IMG/VR virus record: IMGVR_UViG_3300037963_003145
Reading direction: 5' to 3' (one strand)
Length of the DNA: 20,000 bases
DNA from: an uncultured virus (IMG/VR IMGVR_UViG_3300037963_003145)
Taxonomy: Duplodnaviria > Heunggongvirae > Uroviricota > Caudoviricetes
In this document: piece after piece, positions 8,506-15,391 of the stretch
How the letters are laid out: every line of letters starts with the position of its first letter
Numbering within the stretch: the first letter of the stretch is position 1
Translations under genes and position numbers: made by a program
Notes under the pieces: generated by a model
Databases searched by the model: none
What the model saw: only the letters and a program-made list of their open reading frames with translations
What the model was told of the DNA's origin: nothing

Positions 8506-8711
8506 ATCCAATAATTTTAATTGGTTGTTTATCGCCGATAGTTATAATCTTTATTGTGATGAAGATTGCTGTTTGGATGTCTGCTGTAAATACTGAGGCG
8601 GATTATGTCAGAAAAGAACCTTTACGAAAACGAGGACCCTACGTGGCAAATCCATATGCAGATGTTGACGAAGAGGAAGAAGAATATGGAGATCGCACAG
8701 ATTATAGATGA
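8502..8711 (+). CDS. Small single-TM protein with acidic tail
   Basis: N-terminal TM, DVDEEEEEY tail; ATGA overlap. Confidence 0.7.
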   Translation: MNPIILIGCLSPIVIIFIVMKIAVWMSAVNTEADYVRKEPLRKRGPYVANPYADVDEEEEEYGDRTDYR

Positions 8712-8835
8712 GGTTTTGTATAAATATTATACAATTGAAAATGGAAAACCTGTACCCGATTGGAAAGTGTGTAGGGATCCAGATTGGTGGAAAGAGTACC
8801 TAATCAGTCTAGGAATAGACCCTAAGAATCCATGA
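8686..8835 (+). CDS. Hypothetical protein
   Basis: ATG 8686 with GAGGA upstream; PDWW motif. Confidence 0.55.
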   Translation: MEIAQIIDEVLYKYYTIENGKPVPDWKVCRDPDWWKEYLISLGIDPKNP

Positions 8836-9026
8836 CAGAAGATGGCGAATCGCCGAAAGACTACACATATAATTTTACAATAGAGGATGTACATCTTCTA
8901 TATACCTGTGTCGCTAACAGATTAGAGACATGGGCTGGTGGACATCCAACAGAACAAGAACATTTAATTCATTTAAAAAACGAACTATATAAAGGTGTAT
9001 TAGATTTTAAATTTAATCATCTATGA
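8832..9026 (+). CDS. Hypothetical protein
   Basis: ATGA overlaps on both sides. Confidence 0.65.
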   Translation: MTEDGESPKDYTYNFTIEDVHLLYTCVANRLETWAGGHPTEQEHLIHLKNELYKGVLDFKFNHL

Positions 9027-9229
9027 ATTTATTATTGCGTCCTTTAGAAAACGCGAATGATCCTGTATGGAGTGTAATAATTTTACTTATTATTCTCCTG
9101 ATGGGAGTGACATATTACATCGTATATATAATGCGTATGGCTTTTAAAGAATTGGAAAATGACGGATCAGATCAACACCAAAGACGCGAGTCAGGACCAA
9201 GCGATAGCCCTCCTGACACACAGGATTGA
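9023..9229 (+). CDS. Small single-TM protein
   Basis: DPVWSVIILLIILLMGVTYYIVYIM. Confidence 0.65.
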   Translation: MNLLLRPLENANDPVWSVIILLIILLMGVTYYIVYIMRMAFKELENDGSDQHQRRESGPSDSPPDTQD

Positions 9230-9431
9230 AGATATCGAAAAAATGGCTGAAGAACTCCGTGATCGTGTTCGTAAATTAGAACGCTGGGTCTGGGGTGCTG
9301 GCGCCGTCATCACTGCCGCCATTACACTAATAGGAATAGTTACTGCAGCTGATGCAGAGGAGATCAATTATGGGCGCAATGGTTCCACCGAGTCGGAAAT
9401 CGTGTTACAATTTCCGAGTAGTAGAGATTAA
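9159..9431 (+). CDS. Coiled-coil plus TM protein
   Basis: Heptad region RIEDIEKMAEELRDRVRKLER followed by hydrophobic WVWGAGAVITAAITLIGIV. Confidence 0.65.
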   Translation: MTDQINTKDASQDQAIALLTHRIEDIEKMAEELRDRVRKLERWVWGAGAVITAAITLIGIVTAADAEEINYGRNGSTESEIVLQFPSSRD

Positions 9432-9831
9432 TCGAGTTCTTGATGGAGACACTATTGATGTCACTATTGACCTCGGATTTGATCTTTATAAAAAGGAAAG
9501 AGTACGAGTTGCTGGGGTTGATACTCCAGAAAAAAGAACTAAAAATCTAGAGGAGAAAGCTCTTGGAATCGACGCAACCAACTGGCTCAAAGAGAAACTG
9601 GAGGGTGCTATCTCTGGTGACGATGAGTTGTCTGTTAGGACTGAACTTGTTGGTGGCGTGGGGAAATATGGCCGTCTTCTTGGGTGGTTATACATTGGGG
9701 ATGCAGAGTTGTCCCTCAATGAACAAATGATCACCGAAGGATATGCTCACGCATATGATGGTGGCACAAAAGATATGAATCTTGAAAAATTACGTGAAAT
9801 CCGCCGTGCTCATGGCACGTTAGTAGAATGA
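9370..9831 (+). CDS. Thermonuclease (SNase-like) family nuclease
   Basis: RVLDGDTI, RVRVAGVDTPE, GKYGRLLG, LNEQMITEGYA; GGAG before ATG 9370. Confidence 0.9.
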   Translation: MGAMVPPSRKSCYNFRVVEINRVLDGDTIDVTIDLGFDLYKKERVRVAGVDTPEKRTKNLEEKALGIDATNWLKEKLEGAISGDDELSVRTELVGGVGKYGRLLGWLYIGDAELSLNEQMITEGYAHAYDGGTKDMNLEKLREIRRAHGTLVE

Positions 9832-10028
9832 AACAACGAATGCTAAAAGCTCTTAAAGCAAATGCTTTGGGACAAATCGAAAAACATAAAGTAAACATCG
9901 AAATCTATATGCATAATGCTGTAGGTATTGGTGAACATTCAGACGTTATGGCTGCAGTGGAATCTGAGATTGATAAAATATCTCATTTTCATGACCAACT
10001 AGAAGTAATTGAAAAATATTTGGAGTGA
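9828..10028 (+). CDS. Hypothetical helical protein
   Basis: 66-aa ORF with VGIGEH turn between two helices; ATGA overlap. Confidence 0.7.
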   Translation: MKQRMLKALKANALGQIEKHKVNIEIYMHNAVGIGEHSDVMAAVESEIDKISHFHDQLEVIEKYLE

Positions 10029-10062
10029 TAGTGATACATAATGTAGTTGCACAACTACTCGT

Positions 10063-10386
10063 ATGAAGTTCTTTTTTGCACTACTCGCTACACTTTTTCT
10101 TGCTGCTCCAGCGTGGGCAGTTGACGTTACAATGGGATCAAATGGTAATTTAGTATTTGAACCAAATGACATTACAATTTCGGCTGGAGAAACTGTTCAT
10201 TTCGTTAATGGTATGCTCCCACCCCACAATATCATTGTGGAAGGACGTGCTGATTTATCAAGAGAAGCATTGATGTTTTCTCCTGGAGAATCACAAGACA
10301 TTAAGTTTGCAGATGCAGGAGATTACGATTTCTTCTGTGGACCACATCAGGGTGCAGGCATGGTAGGGACGGTACATGTAGAATGA
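10063..10386 (+). CDS. petE: Plastocyanin
   Basis: Signal peptide ending AWA; Cu ligands PPHN and CGPHQGAGM. Confidence 0.96.
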   Translation: MKFFFALLATLFLAAPAWAVDVTMGSNGNLVFEPNDITISAGETVHFVNGMLPPHNIIVEGRADLSREALMFSPGESQDIKFADAGDYDFFCGPHQGAGMVGTVHVE

Positions 10387-10901
10387 AACAAATCAACATT
10401 GTTGTTTTAAACTTCACTGTTGCAATACTTGATTTCTTATATCAAGGAAGAGATTATCCACGCTTCTGGGTGCTTGAAACTATTGCTAGAGCACCCTACT
10501 TCGCTTTCTTGAGTGTATTGCATTTCAGAGAAAGTTTAGGATTGAGAGGTCCAGAACACATTTACTTGATGAAGGAACACTTCTATCAATCAATAAATGA
10601 AACTGAGCACCTAGAATATATGGAAAGTAGAAATGGTAATCGTTATTGGATTGATCGTTTTATCGCCAAACACCTTGTTCTTATCTATTACTGGATTAAT
10701 GTAGTATATTATTTAATATTACCTCGCTATGCATATCACCTTTCATATGAAGTAGAAGTTCATGCATCATTAACATATGCAAAGTATCTTTCTACACATG
10801 GTGGTGGTGATGACTTTGACAAAATTACAGAAATTATGAATGATGAGGTACAACATTTTCAAGAGCTGAAAGACGCTATGGAAATGCTAGCAATCTCTTG
10901 A
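10383..10901 (+). CDS. ptox: Plastoquinol terminal oxidase (PTOX)
   Basis: Di-iron motifs LETIARAPYF, NETEHL, EVEVHA, DEVQH. Confidence 0.95.
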   Translation: MKQINIVVLNFTVAILDFLYQGRDYPRFWVLETIARAPYFAFLSVLHFRESLGLRGPEHIYLMKEHFYQSINETEHLEYMESRNGNRYWIDRFIAKHLVLIYYWINVVYYLILPRYAYHLSYEVEVHASLTYAKYLSTHGGGDDFDKITEIMNDEVQHFQELKDAMEMLAIS

Positions 10902-10926
10902 CATTCCGCCCCAGACCTCCTATAAT
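10898..10926 (+). promoter_or_regulatory. Perfect sigma70 promoter upstream of tRNA-Ser
   Basis: TTGACA-17-TATAAT. Confidence 0.88.
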
Positions 10927-10943
10927 ATGGAGGTCCACCCATT

Positions 10944-11028
10944 GGAAAGGTGGTCGAGTGGTTTATGGCACTGGTCTTGAAAACCAGCGATGTGAAAGCA
11001 TCCGTGGGTTCAAATCCCACCCTTTCCG
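10944..11028 (+). tRNA. tRNA-Ser(TGA)
   Basis: GGAAAGG/CCTTTCC acceptor, CTGGT-CTTGAAA-ACCAG, long variable arm, GGTTCAAATCC. Confidence 0.95.
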
Positions 11029-11048
11029 TGTCCTTCGACTGATTTCAA

Positions 11049-11219
11049 ATGAAAATCAATCTATGGTATTCTCAATCTCAACGTCAGTGGAGATGGTCAT
11101 TATGTGACGACAGTGACGCTATGAGACAAGAATCTGGTCAACGACCATTCCTTCGAGATGCTATGAACGACGTTGCAGATACTGTAGAATATATGCTACA
11201 GTGTAAACAACCCGAATGA
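11049..11219 (+). CDS. Hypothetical 56-aa protein
   Basis: Manual translation MKINLWYSQSQRQWRWSLCDD...KQPE; not in the ORF track. Confidence 0.65.
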   Translation: MKINLWYSQSQRQWRWSLCDDSDAMRQESGQRPFLRDAMNDVADTVEYMLQCKQPE

Positions 11220-11247
11220 AGGGTTCCTCTTTGAGGATACAAATTTT

Positions 11248-11841
11248 ATGAGGATTATGATTAAATCAATTATTGGAATGAGCATTCTTGCTGCATCAGT
11301 TGCTATTACGCCTAATGCAGAAAAGCATGTTTCGACATCTCAATCAGAACCAATTGAAATTCCACAGGTTGCATATAAGCCTGTTTGGACGTGTCCTGAT
11401 TGCACACCAGAAGAAAAATATGTCCTTGAACAACTTCAAGAACATACACGTATTACGGATAGAAATGCCCTGGCGACAATTTTGGGAAATATTAAACAGG
11501 AAAGTCTTTTCATTCCCAACATATGCGAGGGAGGGGCTAGAGTTTCTTACAACAATTGCCATAGTGGTGGTTATGGGCTTATTCAGTGGACCTCAGTAGG
11601 ACGCTATAATAATCTCGGTAAGTTCTGTGTTAAGTACAACTGCGATCCGAGTAGTCTTGAGGGACAAACTCGTTACATGATCAATGAAAATATCTTCCAA
11701 CGTTATCTTCCAGAGTTTGAAGGTAATGGAAAAACAGTTAGACAGTATATGGTTCCTGCTTATTATTGGTTGGGGTGGGGTATTAAAGGAAACAGAGAAA
11801 TTTACTCGTATGACTACACAAAGAAATTGGTGTTGACATGA
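11248..11841 (+). CDS. Lysozyme-fold peptidoglycan hydrolase (Phage_lysozyme2-like) with N-terminal signal/anchor
   Basis: ALATILGNIKQES (catalytic Glu) and GYGLIQWT motifs; hydrophobic N-terminus; start may be 11257. Confidence 0.75.
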   Translation: MRIMIKSIIGMSILAASVAITPNAEKHVSTSQSEPIEIPQVAYKPVWTCPDCTPEEKYVLEQLQEHTRITDRNALATILGNIKQESLFIPNICEGGARVSYNNCHSGGYGLIQWTSVGRYNNLGKFCVKYNCDPSSLEGQTRYMINENIFQRYLPEFEGNGKTVRQYMVPAYYWLGWGIKGNREIYSYDYTKKLVLT

Positions 11842-11861
11842 TTAACGACTGGCGTTATAGT
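11833..11861 (+). promoter_or_regulatory. Putative sigma70 promoter
   Basis: TTGACA-17-TATAGT; would favour a downstream start at ATG 11871. Confidence 0.5.
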
Positions 11862-12050
11862 GATCAAAAAATGAAAACAAGACAGCAAGCTTATTCTATT
11901 CTTCTTGCTCGTTATGGGTCACAATTAAACCCAGATGGTAGTCCCATATATAATATGAAGTCAATCACAGAGTGTGCTCATGATTGGGTTTCGCAAGGAA
12001 ATGTTAGATGTGATGGTATTGTAAAATACTTTGAAGCTTATTACACATGA
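11838..12050 (+). CDS. Hypothetical protein
   Basis: ATGA overlaps; start 11838 or 11871. Confidence 0.65.
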   Translation: MINDWRYSDQKMKTRQQAYSILLARYGSQLNPDGSPIYNMKSITECAHDWVSQGNVRCDGIVKYFEAYYT

Positions 12051-12247
12051 CAAATTCTTCTAAATGGGAATTTGGTGGTCTTGACAGACACCCTGTTAAT
12101 GTGTTAAGGTTAATTAGTGAACTTGAGGGGTCTTCACAACTCCTCAAGTACATGGGTTTCAAAGAAGACATGGAAACCATCAATGAGATAAAGAAAAGGT
12201 ATTACAAACTTTACTTTAAACTCAACAAAGAACTTAAGACTCAGTAG
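12047..12247 (+). CDS. Hypothetical protein
   Basis: 66-aa ORF; stop codon lies inside tRNA-Arg. Confidence 0.65.
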   Translation: MTNSSKWEFGGLDRHPVNVLRLISELEGSSQLLKYMGFKEDMETINEIKKRYYKLYFKLNKELKTQ

Positions 12248-12311
12248 CTCAGCTGGATAGAGCAACTGCCTTCTAAGCAGTCGGTCGTAGGTTCAAATCC
12301 TACCTGAGTCG
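12238..12311 (+). tRNA. tRNA-Arg(TCT)
   Basis: GACTCAG/CTGAGTC acceptor, ACTGC-CTTCTAA-GCAGT, GGTTCAAATCC. Confidence 0.95.
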
Positions 12312-12316
12312 CTAAT

Positions 12317-12437
12317 GGGACTGGAATGCATCCCGGCTCACATCTCCGAGAGAAAAAAGAATCGGAACACCAACCCATGTGAGAGAGAGGTGGGATCCCT
12401 CTTGAGCCTCCCCTGCTGACGAGCAGGGGATATTTTT
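12317..12437 (+). ncRNA. Candidate structured RNA between tRNA-Arg and tRNA-Asn
   Basis: GC-rich spacer with several helices (GGCTCA/TGAGCC, TCCGA/TCGGA, AGAGG/CCTCT, TCCCCTGCT/AGCAGGGGA). Confidence 0.5.
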
Positions 12438-12439
12438 AT

Positions 12440-12512
12440 TCCTCTATAGCTCAGTTGGTAGAGCAGGTGACTGTTAATCACCCTGTCCCTGGTTCGAGTC
12501 CAGGTGGAGGAG
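12440..12512 (+). tRNA. tRNA-Asn(GTT)
   Basis: TCCTCTA/TGGAGGA acceptor, GGTGA-CTGTTAA-TCACC. Confidence 0.95.
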
Positions 12513-12515
12513 TCC

Positions 12516-12587
12516 GCTCGAATAGCTCAGCGGTAGAGCACCTCGTTTACACCGAGGCTGTCGGGGGTTCGATCCCCTCTTCGAGCA
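12516..12587 (+). tRNA. tRNA-Val(TAC)
   Basis: GCTCGAA/TTCGAGC acceptor, CCTCG-TTTACAC-CGAGG. Confidence 0.95.
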
Positions 12588-12604
12588 TTAGTATCATACA
12601 TACT

Positions 12605-12865
12605 ATGAACAAAGAAAAAATTAAAGACAATCTACACGAAATCCACCTAGAACTAGCCTATTTGAGAGCTATGGTAGAAAATGTTAGTAATCAGATGCAA
12701 GAATTGCGGGATGCAATTGGAGAGTCATCCAACCAAAACCAGAAGTTGCCGGTGCCCCAACCATACGAGCATCCGTGGTACAAATATAAGCGGGAACAAC
12801 TTGTCGTTAGTGGAAATAGTCAGCGGGACGACTCCAAAAAAGAAGAAATCTCAATCAATCTTTAG
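12605..12865 (+). CDS. Hypothetical coiled-coil protein
   Basis: ATG 12605 after tRNA-Val; amphipathic LHEIHLELAYLRAMVENVSNQMQELR. Confidence 0.5.
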   Translation: MNKEKIKDNLHEIHLELAYLRAMVENVSNQMQELRDAIGESSNQNQKLPVPQPYEHPWYKYKREQLVVSGNSQRDDSKKEEISINL

Positions 12866-12938
12866 CGAACAAGATCTTTTGTATCAAGAGAACAGACGCA
12901 AAAGAAAAATTAGAAAAATAGACTTTGAAGAACGGTAA
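12681..12938 (+). CDS. Putative Zn-binding protein with basic C-terminus
   Basis: CKNC...CRCPN cysteine pattern; RRKRKIRK tail. Confidence 0.7.
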   Translation: MLVIRCKNCGMQLESHPTKTRSCRCPNHTSIRGTNISGNNLSLVEIVSGTTPKKKKSQSIFSEQDLLYQENRRKRKIRKIDFEER

Positions 12939-12986
12939 ATCAAATCTATAGAGAGTGTTAAATATGAACAGGTTCTGAAGAACTTT

Positions 12987-12995
12987 TGTTATAAT
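12987..12995 (+). promoter_or_regulatory. Extended -10 promoter upstream of the talC operon
   Basis: TGT-TATAAT; no clear -35. Confidence 0.5.
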
Positions 12996-13017
12996 ACTCA
13001 CACAAACGGAGACACCC

Positions 13018-13218
13018 ATGATCAACTTAGATGAACGCTACCATTCTTATCTTTCAGGACAAAAGAAGTTTCGTATCGATGATATTGAAGAATCTGTGAA
13101 AGGATATGGATATGAATGTGATGGTTCATCCATAGTTGGTTATTACGTGTTGACAGAGAACCACAAATTATACTATAATCTCAACGAGCAATTCAATCGA
13201 ATGGAGAAACTTAAATGA
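13018..13218 (+). CDS. Hypothetical protein
   Basis: GGAG RBS; ATGA overlap with talC. Confidence 0.7.
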   Translation: MINLDERYHSYLSGQKKFRIDDIEESVKGYGYECDGSSIVGYYVLTENHKLYYNLNEQFNRMEKLK

Positions 13219-13859
13219 AAATCTTTCTTGATACAGCAGACTACAGAGAGATCAAAGATCGTTATGAAACAGGATTGGTAGATGGTATTACTACCAATCC
13301 TACACTAGTACGTAAGTCGGGTGTAAATTATTTTGAATTTATCAGTCGTTTATCTCACGACTTCTCTTTCGAGAGTATTTCTGCTGAGGTTGATGGACAG
13401 ACTGCTGATGATATGTTGCAAAATGCTCAAGAATATATTGCAATTGGTTCTGAAGTTACCATCAAACTTCCTTTGACAAAAGAGGGTCTTATTGCTTGTA
13501 AGATTCTTTCTGAACAGGGTGTAAAGACTAACGTTACTCTTTGTTTCTCTGCTGCACAAGCAGTTATGACTGCAAAAGCAGGTGCTACATATATTTCTCC
13601 TTTCGTAGGTCGCATGAATGACAACTCCTTGAGTGGTGTTGAACTTGTACGTGCTATCTCTGGTCTGTATTGTGCTCAAGGAGTTAAAACAAAAATTCTT
13701 GCTGCATCACTTCGAGATGTACATCATGTTTCTAGGTGTCTGATGTATGGTGCTGGTGTTGTGACACTACCAACCAAAGTTTTTGATAAGATGTATAACC
13801 ACGTTCTGACTGATGCAGGACTTGCTATCTTTGAAGAAGACTTCAAAAATATTACTTGA
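13215..13859 (+). CDS. talC: Transaldolase, TalC/Fsa family
   Basis: MKIFLDTA, GITTNP, SAEV, Schiff-base IKLP, NVTLCFS, YISPFVGR; the Glu/Phe pair is the transaldolase-type combination. Confidence 0.96.
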   Translation: MKIFLDTADYREIKDRYETGLVDGITTNPTLVRKSGVNYFEFISRLSHDFSFESISAEVDGQTADDMLQNAQEYIAIGSEVTIKLPLTKEGLIACKILSEQGVKTNVTLCFSAAQAVMTAKAGATYISPFVGRMNDNSLSGVELVRAISGLYCAQGVKTKILAASLRDVHHVSRCLMYGAGVVTLPTKVFDKMYNHVLTDAGLAIFEEDFKNIT

Positions 13860-13884
13860 CAAGTGTTTGTCCCTACACTATAAT
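13856..13884 (+). promoter_or_regulatory. Perfect sigma70 promoter upstream of tRNA-Pro
   Basis: TTGACA-17-TATAAT. Confidence 0.88.
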
Positions 13885-13898
13885 AAGGGACAGTTCAC

Positions 13899-13972
13899 CG
13901 GGGTGTAGCGCAGTTTGGTAGCGCGCCTGCTTTGGGAGCAGGATGTCGCAGGTTCAAATCCTGTCACCCCGA
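13899..13972 (+). tRNA. tRNA-Pro(TGG)
   Basis: CGGGGTG/CACCCCG acceptor, CCTGC-TTTGGGA-GCAGG. Confidence 0.95.
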
Positions 13973-13989
13973 TTTTTCATCTTAAAAAT

Positions 13990-14160
13990 ATGGAAGTATT
14001 CACGATTCAAGAATGGGAAGAAAACTTCGACGAACTTTTTAAGAGAGTTGAGGATGGAGAAACGATAGGTATCCTAAGGGAAGATGGTCAAGCAGCAGTA
14101 ATGATGCCAGCGGATGATGAACTCATACGCATATACACAGATCATGAAGAAGCTTCCTAA
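13990..14160 (+). CDS. Phd/YefM-like antitoxin-domain protein
   Basis: MEVFTIQEWEENFDELFKRVEDGETIGILREDGQAAVMMP follows the Phd/YefM beta-alpha-alpha-beta-beta pattern. Confidence 0.65.
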   Translation: MEVFTIQEWEENFDELFKRVEDGETIGILREDGQAAVMMPADDELIRIYTDHEEAS

Positions 14161-14232
14161 GGGACCGTCGCCTATCGGTTAAGGCCCACTGCTTATAACG
14201 GTGTGAACTGGGTTCAACTCCCAGCGGTCCTA
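14161..14232 (+). tRNA. tRNA-Ile(TAT)
   Basis: GGGACCG/CGGTCCT acceptor, CACTG-CTTATAA-CGGTG, GGTTCAACTCC. Confidence 0.88.
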
Positions 14233-14234
14233 TT

Positions 14235-14307
14235 GGGGGATTAGCAATCTGGTGAATGCACCGAACTCATAATTCGGCTAAGGTGGGTTCGATCCCCTCA
14301 TCCCCCA
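14235..14307 (+). tRNA. tRNA with CAT anticodon (elongator Met or Ile2)
   Basis: GGGGGAT/ATCCCCC acceptor, CCGAA-CTCATAA-TTCGG; lacks initiator hallmarks. Confidence 0.88.
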
Positions 14308-14308
14308 T

Positions 14309-14328
14309 CAACTAAATATTTTTAGTTG
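14309..14328 (+). promoter_or_regulatory. Putative late promoter CTAAATA embedded in an 8-bp inverted repeat
   Basis: CAACTAAA-TATT-TTTAGTTG just before tRNA-Thr. Confidence 0.45.
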
Positions 14329-14331
14329 TAT

Positions 14332-14404
14332 GCCATTCTAGCTCAGCTGGTAGAGCAGGGCTTTTGTAAAGCTCAGGTCGCAGGTTCAAGTCCTGTGAAT
14401 GGCT
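14332..14404 (+). tRNA. tRNA-Thr(TGT)
   Basis: GCCATTC/GAATGGC acceptor, GGGCT-TTTGTAA-AGCTC. Confidence 0.95.
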
Positions 14405-14405
14405 T

Positions 14406-14633
14406 AGTCTCGGAAAGACTCTAAAAGTGCCCTGGTCGGTGAAGGTCCCCCTTCAATCCCGAAGTCATGGAGAGACTTAAACAACCCTGGTGCGGATGGG
14501 ATTACTCCCGCCCAGTTTCTTGCTTCTGGTAAAAAGTAAGTGGTGGATCCAAAAGACCCCTTCCGTGTGGTTGATTCCTATTTGCAACTAAACTAAATAG
14601 GTGGCGAGCCTGCTCTGGGGGATGACCTCCCCC
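14406..14633 (+). ncRNA. manA-like structured RNA between tRNA-Thr and tRNA-Leu
   Basis: About 230-nt non-coding spacer with four hairpin/pseudoknot modules, each followed by TGGY; size and tRNA-cluster location fit the manA motif (recalled, not searched). Confidence 0.65.
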
Positions 14634-14638
14634 TCCTC

Positions 14639-14720
14639 GCACGTATGGCGGAATTGGTAGACGCGCTGGGTTTAGGTTCCAGTGGGGTATCCCGTGAAGG
14701 TTCAAGTCCTTTTACGTGCA
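14639..14720 (+). tRNA. tRNA-Leu(TAG)
   Basis: GCACGTA/TACGTGC acceptor, CTGGG-TTTAGGT-TCCAG, variable arm. Confidence 0.95.
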
Positions 14721-14740
14721 TTAACAACTAAGAGAAAATT

Positions 14741-15391
14741 ATGAACAAATTATTACTTGCTTTGATTTTAGCTGCCGCACCAGTTGCAGCTGCTCCTTCT
14801 AAGGGGTACTTTACGATGGATGCTATGGGGTGCATGCTGTTACGAGAATGTACCGAAGATGTTAAACGAGTCAGAAGTATTCAAGATATTAAAAACCATT
14901 ATCCCGATAGTGATTACAGTAGCGTTGCTGCTGAGTTTAATGACATCATCGAGTCTTTTGATCGGATCGGAGTTGGTGTCTTTTTAGCAGATACAAAATA
15001 CTTCCCTCCAGGTCATCGTGGAGTCTATCATACAGTAGGAAATAACTTCTTTTTGAATAGTGCATTTATGCATCGTCAGAGCACGCTCATGTCCGTTACA
15101 AGACACGAAGGATGGCATGCTGCCCAGGATTGTATGGCTGGGACAATTGATAACAGTTTTATTGCTATTATTAAATCTGAAGAATCTGTTCCTATGTTGT
15201 GGAGAACAATGGCAGAACGTACATATCCAAAGTCTGCTGTCCCTTGGGAAGCAGAAGCAGGTTGGGCAGGACGTACTGAAGGTATGACTGCTAAGGCATT
15301 GGATGCTTGTGCTACCGGTGAGATGTGGAAAGTTTACGAACCTACACCTAAGACTGGTGAGTGGCTTAGACAAAATGGATACATCGATTGA
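14741..15391 (+). CDS. Exported zincin-like metallopeptidase
   Basis: Signal peptide MNKLLLALILAAAPVAA; HEGWH (HExxH) and downstream WEAEA. Confidence 0.7.
   Translation: MNKLLLALILAAAPVAAAPSKGYFTMDAMGCMLLRECTEDVKRVRSIQDIKNHYPDSDYSSVAAEFNDIIESFDRIGVGVFLADTKYFPPGHRGVYHTVGNNFFLNSAFMHRQSTLMSVTRHEGWHAAQDCMAGTIDNSFIAIIKSEESVPMLWRTMAERTYPKSAVPWEAEAGWAGRTEGMTAKALDACATGEMWKVYEPTPKTGEWLRQNGYID

Noticed and set aside
10898..11107. 69-aa ORF
   Set aside because: Runs through a promoter and tRNA-Ser; shadow ORF
12315..12419. 34-codon ORF (MGLECIPAH...) in the tRNA spacer
   Set aside because: No RBS, starts 3 nt after tRNA-Arg, and the sequence is better explained by base pairing
12335..12437. Possible hammerhead (CTGACGAG) or HDV-like theta ribozyme after tRNA-Arg
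   Set aside because: No correctly placed GAAA/stem II for a hammerhead; no P2 partner or catalytic J4/2 C for an HDV fold; CTGACGAG is simply a hairpin apex
12455..12604. N-terminal part of ORF 12455..12865 (likewise 13915..13989)
   Set aside because: Overlaps tRNA genes; real starts are downstream ATGs
13018..13218. Candidate cp12 upstream of talC
   Set aside because: Lacks the C-terminal CxxxPxxxxC CP12 motif
14502..14705. Minus-strand 67-aa ORF
   Set aside because: Antisense translation of tRNA-Leu and the structured RNA
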